IMG/VR virus record: IMGVR_UViG_3300042287_000568
Length of the DNA: 64,000 nucleotides
Strand: one strand, 5' to 3'
Origin: an uncultured virus (IMG/VR IMGVR_UViG_3300042287_000568)
Taxonomy: Duplodnaviria; Heunggongvirae; Uroviricota; Caudoviricetes
In this document: positions 55,744 through 64,000 of the stretch, piece after piece
How the letters are laid out: every line of letters starts with the position of its first letter
Position numbering within the stretch: the stretch's first letter is position 1
Notes under the pieces: model-generated
What the model was told of the DNA's origin: nothing
What the model saw: the letters and a program-made list of their open reading frames with translations, nothing else
Databases searched by the model: none
Program-made: the position numbers and the translations under genes

Positions 55744-58700
55744 TTTTTATCTGCTTCCTTAAGAATGTCATTAATTCCCTTAATGCTTATTGGCGTGTCA
55801 AGAACAGCAAGGCCCTGTCTATTGAAAATAAGGACTTGTTTTCCAGCGGCCGTTCCACCAGTTCTTACTGTGTTGTCTCCGGTATCAATGCCATCGTAGC
55901 CTAAAATTAAAGGAACATAGTTTTCCCATCTTGTTTGTCTTGTAAGTTGAGTAGACATAAAATTAATTACATTCCATAGTTGTGTTTTTTCTGGTCCACT
56001 GGATGATTCGTAAGCACTCATCAACGAAGACCACATTTGTCCAACTTCGCCATCCCATACTGGGTCGCCGTCTGCAACGTTCCTTGAAAGAGCGGTACGT
56101 AGTTCTCTCATGAAATCTGCGGGTTCCATTTTTTCTGCTTCGCCTTTGGGCATTACAGAAATTACATTTTCAAATGCTTGTGCAAACTTTTGATATTCCG
56201 AAGCCATACGTTCTCTATCAACTCTTGAAGCAACCCTATAATCAGGACTTAGAAATCCAAACAATCCATTGCTTTCGGTCGGTTTACCCCAATATCTTGG
56301 GTCATCCCAGTTTGTTGAAACAGCATTTGACCAGTATTCTCCAGGTCCTTCCATTTCTCCGTTGGAACCAGTAATTCTTCTGCGAGATTCTGTTAAATAT
56401 TCATCCGCATATTCTTCAGCAGAAACGCCTCTCTTGATTGGGTGCCATCCAGCATCAATCAAAGCCATTGCTTCATCTTCCGATAAGCGGGCTGGCTGTC
56501 TGTTGAAGCCATTGTTTTCCCACAAGAAACCAAGGAGCATGTTTGCGTCTGCTTGACCCTTGAATTCTCCACGACCGTTATTCTGGCGTGCCTTATTAAC
56601 GACTTCGTCAAGTAGTTGAATTGTTTCTTTTCCAATAACAATTTTTCCATCTGGGTCTCTTTCAAAAATTCTAACAGTTTGTTCTCTTCTGATTCCGTTA
56701 AGAATTTTTGATTCGTTTCTTTGTTTTCCAAAGGTTCTTTTGACTGCTCGTTTGGCTTTTTTAATTCTTTTTTTAATCTTGCTTGTAATATCAGGTTTGT
56801 CTTCTTGTTCAATTCTGAAACCTGAACGACCAGCCTTTTTCTGTTTTCTAACAGCGCGACGTGCTGCTCTTTGCGGATTCGGGCGAAGAATTCTGTTTGC
56901 AAGGTCTTCAAGTTTTGCGTCACCTTTTTCTCCGATGAGTCGTGGAGCGGCTCTCTTCATTCCACCAACTTCTTCAAAGATGGTTGATGGCTCCCCAACC
57001 TTCATTCCCTTTGGAAGTTTTCCATCAGCAAAAGGACTTACCGTCATGTCGGCTTCACTCTTGCTAAGTCCAAGACCAAAAGACTTTTTTCTTTGTTCTG
57101 GGTGAAGGTGCTCAAGAAGCGACCAGTCGTCAGATTTATCCATTTGGTCATAAGTTCTAAGGTCGTCTAAGACTTTTTGAAGTCTTTCAACTCTTTTTTT
57201 CTGTGCTGCAATTCTATTTTCTGCTTTTTTGATTTCAGCATCGGACAGAGTGGCCCTCATTGCTGCAAGACCAGACTCTGCAGACGCTATGTCTGAATTT
57301 TCACCAGAAAGAGCACCGTTTAACGCAACTTCAAAAGAAGTAAATGCTTCTCCAGAAATTCTTGACTGGTCGGACCAGGGTTTTCCGTCTGCGTCAGTTG
57401 CTTTCTTTTTGCGATTAAGACTCAAAAAGTCATTCCACCACGTGCTTAGGTATTTATCTTTCTTGATGTATGTCTGAAGTCCGTCGTACGCTGCTTGTGT
57501 GTTTTTCTTTACAACATCCTGTTGTTCCGGAGTAAGTGAAGCCCAAAGGGAACCATCTTTTTCGTCAACAGCATCACGGCCTGGTGTTGCTTTAAGTTTT
57601 GATTTTGTTTTTGAACGACCACTACGTGACGCAAGACCCTGAACCTGTCTATCCATTTGTGCTTTACCAACACGTGAACGCATGCCTGTTTGTTTTGGTT
57701 TTTGATTTACGGGAATCTTTTTTTGCAAAACATTTGCAATTTCCGAAATAAAATCTTCATTATTTTCATATTCGTCATTATCAAACGCATCAATAATGTC
57801 GTTAATTCTGTCTTGCTGGTCTCTGCTTAGTTCTGTTGCTCCGTCAGGACCGAGGCCACTAATCAGTGAACGTAAATCGGTGGACGTTGATTTCTTGGTA
57901 AGAACTTCTTTTGCCGTGTCTGTGACTTGCTTTGATACTTCTTTATCAATATCAGCCTGTGTTCGTGACGCTAGACCGCTTCTACTTATCGGCTTTGAGT
58001 CAGGTATTTTGCGACCTGCTGCGGCTGGCGTGCGAGTAGTAAAAACTTGTCTATCTGCTGAGCCTGCTGCGTTGGAAACCCTGCGTCTAGGGCTTGACTC
58101 TCTTGAAGGCGTTGAACTGCCTGGAGTCTTCTGAGATTCTTTCCATGCCTTTTTTGCAGCATCTGCATCAACAACTCCACCAGTTGTTTTGTCGTTGACT
58201 CCAGGAATTGCTGGTCTCTCAAAAGGAGTACCTTCTTGAACTACGCCGTCACCATCGCCGTCCCAAGCCTTTGGGTCAAACATGGCCATACTACGAGCCG
58301 CTCTTCTTCCGATGCGTGCTCCTCCGCCTATTCTTTCGCCAATTCCTTTTACCTCAAGAGAATCTTCAAGCGACTTGGTTTCTAGGGTTTGTGCATACCC
58401 AATTCTGTAGCGTCCGTCTCTTTCAACGAGGGCGGCCTTCAGTTTCATTCCTAAACGTCTTTCCGAAGAACGACCTACGTTTGTATCAATTCTGTTGCGA
58501 AGGGATTTAATCTCCGCTTTTGAAGGAGTTGAGTTGTACATCCAGTTTTCAAAGTTAAATGCATAATTATTTACTTTTGCCTCAAAAAGAAAACTTCCTT
58601 CTTTGATTTGAGTACGAATAACTAGACCTTTGTAATTTACTGCGCTTGCGTATTGGGATTTAGTAAAGTGCCCAATTGGTGTGTCCATTACTGCTGGAAC

Positions 58701-59027
58701 GCGAGCGCCATTATCCATCTTCATGGAACTTTTATATGAGTACGCCTTAGAGTCGGTGAAAGAGTTGTTAATTTCCGTAACGTTGTTACCAAAAGCATTC
58801 AGTAAGGACTTGAGAGAATGCTCACTAACGTTTTTATATGGACCCTGAATAATTCCTGCTGGAAGATTATTTGTGTCAAGTGTCTTGGTATTAAAAGAGT
58901 TTGCCCAGTCCGCCCATTCTCTTGCTTGACCTTCAGAGCCGTAGTATTTAACTCCATAGTCGTCCTGAACAGCAATAGCAAACTTTTCATTACGCAACGC
59001 ATCAAATAGGGTAGATACTTTTTTCAT
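55740..59027 (-). CDS. Large multidomain protein with shared DGDGDG motif and ART-like C-terminus
   Basis: FDPKAWDGDGDG...FERP; IKRGV...GPGEYWS...GYDGI...VLIFNR. Confidence 0.6.
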   Translation of the reverse strand: MKKVSTLFDALRNEKFAIAVQDDYGVKYYGSEGQAREWADWANSFNTKTLDTNNLPAGIIQGPYKNVSEHSLKSLLNAFGNNVTEINNSFTDSKAYSYKSSMKMDNGARVPAVMDTPIGHFTKSQYASAVNYKGLVIRTQIKEGSFLFEAKVNNYAFNFENWMYNSTPSKAEIKSLRNRIDTNVGRSSERRLGMKLKAALVERDGRYRIGYAQTLETKSLEDSLEVKGIGERIGGGARIGRRAARSMAMFDPKAWDGDGDGVVQEGTPFERPAIPGVNDKTTGGVVDADAAKKAWKESQKTPGSSTPSRESSPRRRVSNAAGSADRQVFTTRTPAAAGRKIPDSKPISRSGLASRTQADIDKEVSKQVTDTAKEVLTKKSTSTDLRSLISGLGPDGATELSRDQQDRINDIIDAFDNDEYENNEDFISEIANVLQKKIPVNQKPKQTGMRSRVGKAQMDRQVQGLASRSGRSKTKSKLKATPGRDAVDEKDGSLWASLTPEQQDVVKKNTQAAYDGLQTYIKKDKYLSTWWNDFLSLNRKKKATDADGKPWSDQSRISGEAFTSFEVALNGALSGENSDIASAESGLAAMRATLSDAEIKKAENRIAAQKKRVERLQKVLDDLRTYDQMDKSDDWSLLEHLHPEQRKKSFGLGLSKSEADMTVSPFADGKLPKGMKVGEPSTIFEEVGGMKRAAPRLIGEKGDAKLEDLANRILRPNPQRAARRAVRKQKKAGRSGFRIEQEDKPDITSKIKKRIKKAKRAVKRTFGKQRNESKILNGIRREQTVRIFERDPDGKIVIGKETIQLLDEVVNKARQNNGRGEFKGQADANMLLGFLWENNGFNRQPARLSEDEAMALIDAGWHPIKRGVSAEEYADEYLTESRRRITGSNGEMEGPGEYWSNAVSTNWDDPRYWGKPTESNGLFGFLSPDYRVASRVDRERMASEYQKFAQAFENVISVMPKGEAEKMEPADFMRELRTALSRNVADGDPVWDGEVGQMWSSLMSAYESSSGPEKTQLWNVINFMSTQLTRQTRWENYVPLILGYDGIDTGDNTVRTGGTAAGKQVLIFNRQGLAVLDTPISIKGINDILKEADKK

Positions 59028-61030
59028 TTTTTGACTCCGAGGATTTCCATTAAATTTTCCCTACTACCTGCGTAGTTTTGAATTCTTGTTTCTAAAATAC
59101 GCCCAATAATATTTAGGTGGGCTTTTTCAGCATCAGTTAAGCGACCATCACTGTAAAGGCGATTTTTGAATTGTGTAAAGTTAAATTGTCTTGCTCTTAA
59201 TAGTAGAGCGTCAATCTCTCTTCTGAAGGCAAATCTTTGCTGTTGCTGCAGGTTTTGAAAATACTGTGAGTATGTTTCAGTTCTTTTTACATCCATGAAT
59301 TGAGAGAAGGTCAGTTTTTGACGCTCAACAATTGACACTTCATCAAGGTCCGCAAGTCCGGAAGTGAAGTTATTGGTAACAACCGGTTTCGTGTCTGTTC
59401 CATTTGAAACTGGAACTATAGAACCAGGGTCTCTGTCTCTCTGGTCTGTGAGCCAGTCGGATACAAGCATTTTTGCCACATCTTCTGGTTTGTAGTCAGA
59501 GAATTTGCGCCTGCGGTCAACCTGAAATCCTCTAATTAGAGAAGAGGCATCCTCAACTATGTATTTTCTCTTATCTCCTTCACCGACAAAGAAAACGTCT
59601 GGCGACTCAAGACCAAGATGCTGCTGGATATCGCTTGCAAGTTTTTGACCAAGGTGCTCATATTTTCCAGACGAGGAATAGAGCATGTACTTATTGCCAT
59701 TAGGCGTTTCAAGCAATTCTCTTCTTTGGTCCAATTTTTGTCTCTTGAATACGTTTGCCTTTGTAAGTGCTTGCTGTAAAATCATTGGGTCAATTTCCGA
59801 AAGTGGTCTTCCAGACATTATTTGGTCAACTGCAGCGTCAACGCTTGTTATGTTTTTTCCTACGGCGCTATTTGAGTCTGTTGCTCTTTCTGCATTGGCT
59901 AGTGGCTTCGCTTTTCTGCCCTTACCAAACAATTCATCAGCCCATCGTGGGAGTGATTTCCCACCTGCGGAAACAACTTCATTGGGGTTTTTTACATTTA
60001 TGAAATTTTCTGAATAACCTATTCCGTCACCAGTTTGAGCAACCACTTCTTTTAATCGTGCAGTTGGGTCATTGGTAATGTCAATTTTTGACGCAGCATT
60101 AACCGTGCGTCCAAGTTTTCTTCTTTCACCAACAGTTAGTTGTCTCTTCTTTTCAAGGGACAGCGTTGAGCCTCCTGGAAGAACGTACGTAAGTTTTGTT
60201 ACCCCAGTATTTGAGAGGAGTCCAAGTTCTTCTCCGCCTAGTTGAGGAAGGCCCTGAACTGACAATATGTAATCAGCGCCTTCCATGTCTCTGTTGTCTG
60301 GAATCGCTCTTAGTACCTGTGCTGGAACTACTGGTTCTAACGCAAACCCGTCTTTTCTGACCATTCTTACGACAGCCGCATCAGACTGCCCGATTTGAGA
60401 GACAATGTTTTTTGCTGCAGCCGCGCGTGCTACTGGGTTGGGGTTTCCGACTCTCGGAATCTGGGGACGTCTTGAATCAACTATTGAATCTTGTGGAGTC
60501 TCGCCAGTGATTGGGGTTGACTGTCCTGCAATTGCTCTAGCGCCACGGGCTATTCTTCTTAGTGCTCCGATTGCCACACCAATAGCAGAAGGTATGTCAA
60601 ACAGTTTTGCGCCACATGTGGAAAAACGCGAGTCGGTAAAACGACCGCCGTATTGATACCCCTCTGGGCAACGACTAGCACGATTTGCTCCACCAGTACC
60701 GCCAGGGATTCTTGGTTTTCCGGGAGTTAGGGCACCCCACGCACCAGACCTGATAGGGCTTCGTAGAGGGCTCAGGTTGCCCGGAATGGCTGCCGAACCG
60801 ATGGCCTGCGCTCCTTGACCAATTGTAGAATGCGTACCAAGTATTCCGACCTTCACACTGTACTTGCGTGTCAGACCGGAGCGCTTTGCTAAAGCCTTGT
60901 AATCTATTACGTTTTGTTGGCCGTTTAAGCGCATGGTTATTACGGGATTTACCTTACGAACCGTTTTTACGGAAAGAAGAGTAATTCTTCTTTTGACGAA
61001 ATTTATTTCTCTATTGCTCAACGTCGTCAT
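59024..61030 (-). CDS. Multidomain protein with C-terminal HipA/PI3K-like kinase fold (degenerate)
   Basis: LASDIQQHLGLESP...DWLTDQRDRDPGSI. Confidence 0.55.
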   Translation of the reverse strand: MTTLSNREINFVKRRITLLSVKTVRKVNPVITMRLNGQQNVIDYKALAKRSGLTRKYSVKVGILGTHSTIGQGAQAIGSAAIPGNLSPLRSPIRSGAWGALTPGKPRIPGGTGGANRASRCPEGYQYGGRFTDSRFSTCGAKLFDIPSAIGVAIGALRRIARGARAIAGQSTPITGETPQDSIVDSRRPQIPRVGNPNPVARAAAAKNIVSQIGQSDAAVVRMVRKDGFALEPVVPAQVLRAIPDNRDMEGADYILSVQGLPQLGGEELGLLSNTGVTKLTYVLPGGSTLSLEKKRQLTVGERRKLGRTVNAASKIDITNDPTARLKEVVAQTGDGIGYSENFINVKNPNEVVSAGGKSLPRWADELFGKGRKAKPLANAERATDSNSAVGKNITSVDAAVDQIMSGRPLSEIDPMILQQALTKANVFKRQKLDQRRELLETPNGNKYMLYSSSGKYEHLGQKLASDIQQHLGLESPDVFFVGEGDKRKYIVEDASSLIRGFQVDRRRKFSDYKPEDVAKMLVSDWLTDQRDRDPGSIVPVSNGTDTKPVVTNNFTSGLADLDEVSIVERQKLTFSQFMDVKRTETYSQYFQNLQQQQRFAFRREIDALLLRARQFNFTQFKNRLYSDGRLTDAEKAHLNIIGRILETRIQNYAGSRENLMEILGVKK

Positions 61031-61610
61031 CCTGTTCAGAATCGTAGGGAACGGACTTGGTATTCCCCATTTCGTCTTCGCCTTCTATTTCCCAACTTGA
61101 ATCGTCGGACATGGTTTTACAGAAATCTGGTTCCATCTCAGAAAAGTCACGCATCACCAAGACTGAGTGTTTTTCGTCGGCATTAGTTACTACCGAGTCT
61201 TCGTATCGTTCGGTTTCTTGTTGTAAAGATTTCTTGCTATTTCCAGCAAGTTTCCTTACTCTGTTATCAAATTGAGAGTCAGAGAAAAGAGTACCGTTTA
61301 TTCCTTTTTTAATTTTCTTGCGGCAGTTTTTCATGCCAGGGTGATGACATCCCTCGTTTGGCCAAAGACCAGTAGTTTCGTGATGCAACCAAGCACAGAT
61401 ATTGTTCAACGGGTACAACTCTGGATGGTCGGCAAGGATGACTTTGCAACGCCTAAAGCCGCCTGGTTTTTTCATGATTGGCCGCCAATAGCGAAGAAGG
61501 CGCTCAAGATTTCCTCTTCTTGGTCCGCGACCTTTGAGTAGGTCTCCAGTAACCAGTTCCTGCGGGATTATCCCACCAAGGGGGTCTGCCTTAATGTCTC
61601 TGCTGTTCAT
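61011..61610 (-). CDS. Conserved phage head-region protein with Cys/His module
   Basis: LLRYW...GGFRRC...CAWLHHETTGLWP. Confidence 0.6.
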   Translation of the reverse strand: MNSRDIKADPLGGIIPQELVTGDLLKGRGPRRGNLERLLRYWRPIMKKPGGFRRCKVILADHPELYPLNNICAWLHHETTGLWPNEGCHHPGMKNCRKKIKKGINGTLFSDSQFDNRVRKLAGNSKKSLQQETERYEDSVVTNADEKHSVLVMRDFSEMEPDFCKTMSDDSSWEIEGEDEMGNTKSVPYDSEQDDDVEQ

Positions 61611-62017
61611 TGTTTACCCGTTCTGGAGCGTACTATATTTATGTTTTGCGTCTGCATCAGTGTTTTAAATTCTGTAGCACGATGATTGATTGATTTTTCT
61701 TTTGCTTTTGATTTCATTGCATCTGAGGAAAAAACAACACCAGAAGACATTCTTGGGGAAACAACCTGAGTTTTTCTTATGAAAACCCTTTCCCATTCAT
61801 CGCTATTATCCCAAGACGCTCCATCCCATAAAAAATCATGAAACTTCGTTGAACGTAATGGTACTAGATTTCTGGCATTCATAGCGGTTGCCCAAAAATT
61901 AACAACCTTTGGTTTGACGCCATCATCAAGTATTCCATCGGTTTTTTCGTCTTTTGCATCAATTACATAAAACAGTTTTTTGTCTCCAAAAACGGTCCCT
62001 ACCAATACCGCTTTCAT
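61607..62017 (-). CDS. Hypothetical protein
   Basis: Coupled 136-aa ORF. Confidence 0.6.
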   Translation of the reverse strand: MKAVLVGTVFGDKKLFYVIDAKDEKTDGILDDGVKPKVVNFWATAMNARNLVPLRSTKFHDFLWDGASWDNSDEWERVFIRKTQVVSPRMSSGVVFSSDAMKSKAKEKSINHRATEFKTLMQTQNINIVRSRTGKQ

Positions 62018-64000
62018 TTCTTTACAGTTTCCTTTTTGGGTTCTGCTTTTTTAGGTGCAGGAGCAATTTTGTCAATAATTGACATAACTTCTCGTCTTGC
62101 TATCTCTCTTAGTGCGTCCTTGCCCTTTTTCTTTGTTGGAGGAGGGGTCCTCCATGTATCTTCGCTCATGATGTCAATTCCATCTTTATTCGTAAATAAC
62201 ACTTCATCAATGCCAAGAGATATTAGATTTTCTTTGAATTCTTCTGCAGCCTCTAGTTCGTTTAAATAAGACAGATGCTTAGGCGTATACCCTCCACCTA
62301 TGGTTCCTTCACCGTCAAAGAAGTCTTTGATTTTTTCTTTTGGAACGCTTCTGTTCATAAATATCATATTTATTGAGTCTGCCCCACCAATCATACTGCT
62401 CTTGGAGACTCTTTTCTTTCTGATGTTGAATATTGACAAAGGTATTTTAATGTGCTCAACATCGTTGAGTGATATTTCACCAACTATAAACGCCTCAAAT
62501 ATATCTTCGTCGTTTTTCTTTATAAGTTTTGAATAGTCTTTTGAAAGGCTTGCTTCAATAATCTCCGCTAGATATTCTTCTGCACCACTTGTTGACATAA
62601 ACATTTGTCCAAAAATTGCTGCTTGAATAATTTGTTCGTCTTCTTCGTTTATCTGTACAAAAATTCCACCATTTTTGTATGACTCTTTTCTTCCGTATCC
62701 AATTCTTGGAGAATTTTCTGCGCGAAGCACCAATTCTATGCCTCTTCCGTAATCTGTAAATTCTTCAGAGCCAACGTGTGTTCCGTTTTTGTAAAGATTT
62801 TCTTCAACTTTTTCAATAAGTATTCCGTGTATCAACTCAATAGGCGTAAATGAAAATTCTTTAATCCCGGGGGCATTTCCAAGCATTGCGTCTCGTTTGG
62901 TTTTTAAAATCTTTAAAGATTCACTATCAACATCAATGTTTGCAATTTTTCCAGAACCAACAAATTGTTCTAATGACGATTTAGACATTGAAACACGTGC
63001 TCTTCTGTCTATGTCATTATGAATCAACACGGCTACTTCGTTAACTGCTTTTACCACTTCTTTAATAGGAGTTCCATAAATAAACTTTTTGGTATCCGCA
63101 CTTATTCCGTCATCAAAAAGACGGGTTGGTAAAGATTTGCTGTAATTATTAATTGTTGATATGAGTTTTTCTTGGTAGAGGCGCACATACTCCGATACGT
63201 CAATATCCGTATCGTTATTTTTTATCTTCTCTAAAGTAAAGAAATTAATTCCAGCCGCTTCGCCTCTTTCCATTATTGAGTTTGATTTATCAAATACAAT
63301 TTTTGAAATACCAGACATTGACTGGGGTGTTCCTGACTTGGCAACCATTTCTTGGCGCATTTTTTTAGCAGTGTCTGCTCTCAATTTTGCTGATTTTTTG
63401 ATACTTGGTTTATTGGAAGATGAGGAAACTTCTAGAGATATCTTTTCAACGTTTTTCATGTATTGTTCAGCGGACATTTGGTCAAAAATCTCTGCTTCAG
63501 GAACTCCGTCTTCGCCAACTCCAGTAAATTTTACTTTTCCTGGGGGAAGAATCATATTGCTTGCTTTTGTTTTTCCTGCTTCAATTTTTCCTTTTGAGCC
63601 AGCAGGTACAGCAATTCTAACTTTAGTTTTCTTTCCCTGCTTTTGTTCCATAAGGGAAGTTCCGAGTTGCTTGAATTCAATGTCAACAAATGCGGACTTA
63701 AACGGGTCAATATCTGGTGCTGGTATATCAAAAGGACTACCAGACGGAGGGAGCGAGAATGCGTCAGTTGCGTCTATTTCTTCGGAACCACCACCAAGAC
63801 GATTTCTTAATCTTCTTGCCGTTTCTCTTCCAGCACCAGTAAGTTCACGAGCCTTTTCTTTTCCGGAGGCAGCCATTGCTGATGCTTTCTCACGAGCGAC
63901 GTCGGATAATTCAATACTTCTATCCTGTAGGACTGAACCAAATTCAAGAGCCTTACGTTTTGAATCGTCTGTCAAAAGTTTACCTTTGGCTGATTCTGCT
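62014..64000 (-). CDS. Large protein (5'-truncated) with degenerate ART-like and DUF3626-like domains
   Basis: Frame is open to the window edge; IAVPAGSKG...ILPPG; YGRGIELVLR...EAFIVGEISLNDVEHI. Confidence 0.55.
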   Translation of the reverse strand, partial: AESAKGKLLTDDSKRKALEFGSVLQDRSIELSDVAREKASAMAASGKEKARELTGAGRETARRLRNRLGGGSEEIDATDAFSLPPSGSPFDIPAPDIDPFKSAFVDIEFKQLGTSLMEQKQGKKTKVRIAVPAGSKGKIEAGKTKASNMILPPGKVKFTGVGEDGVPEAEIFDQMSAEQYMKNVEKISLEVSSSSNKPSIKKSAKLRADTAKKMRQEMVAKSGTPQSMSGISKIVFDKSNSIMERGEAAGINFFTLEKIKNNDTDIDVSEYVRLYQEKLISTINNYSKSLPTRLFDDGISADTKKFIYGTPIKEVVKAVNEVAVLIHNDIDRRARVSMSKSSLEQFVGSGKIANIDVDSESLKILKTKRDAMLGNAPGIKEFSFTPIELIHGILIEKVEENLYKNGTHVGSEEFTDYGRGIELVLRAENSPRIGYGRKESYKNGGIFVQINEEDEQIIQAAIFGQMFMSTSGAEEYLAEIIEASLSKDYSKLIKKNDEDIFEAFIVGEISLNDVEHIKIPLSIFNIRKKRVSKSSMIGGADSINMIFMNRSVPKEKIKDFFDGEGTIGGGYTPKHLSYLNELEAAEEFKENLISLGIDEVLFTNKDGIDIMSEDTWRTPPPTKKKGKDALREIARREVMSIIDKIAPAPKKAEPKKETVKK

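Noticed and set aside
1..64000. Alternative genetic code or stop-codon readthrough
   Set aside because: Long conserved genes are intact under the standard bacterial code and all three stop codons end genes.

Overview
A 64-kb segment of a large tailed dsDNA phage, most likely infecting an Actinomycetota host (two WhiB genes, an Rpf-like transglycosylase, widespread leaderless sigmaA-type promoters, actinobacterial-type DnaA box). 1-5 kb: regulators and replication-accessory genes. 5-27 kb: an early or accessory region of about 50 small ORFs transcribed divergently from about 11,480. It is driven by about 30 copies of one promoter motif (TTG-N20-TANNNT with a conserved CCCTTACTACC spacer core), 24 of which have ATG exactly 35 nt after the TTG. 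The region also holds a strand-polarised 12-mer (TTCCGCCACCGT, 10 copies), perfect DnaA boxes, a perfect parS palindrome and two candidate ncRNAs. 24-34 kb: DNA metabolism (SNF2/HARP helicase, DUF932, SSB, WhiB, primase-helicase). 34.5-41 kb: a 2,170-aa multidomain protein (three HEWGH zincin domains, an ART-like domain, a DUF5872-like tail). 41.0-41.5 kb: non-coding, with an oriC-like cluster of paired DnaA boxes. 41.5-51.5 kb: auxiliary genes (phosphoesterase, SGNH, tRNA-Arg(TCT), LexA DNA-binding domain only, NrdJ, thermonuclease, 2OG oxygenase). 51.5-64 kb: an HK97-fold major capsid gene preceded by large multidomain proteins with toxin-like domains (zeta kinase, ART-like, HipA/PI3K-like). 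Three of the large proteins share a 23-aa FDPxAxDGDxDGxxQxxTxFERP motif and recurrent linker motifs. All family calls come from reading motifs by eye; no searches were run.
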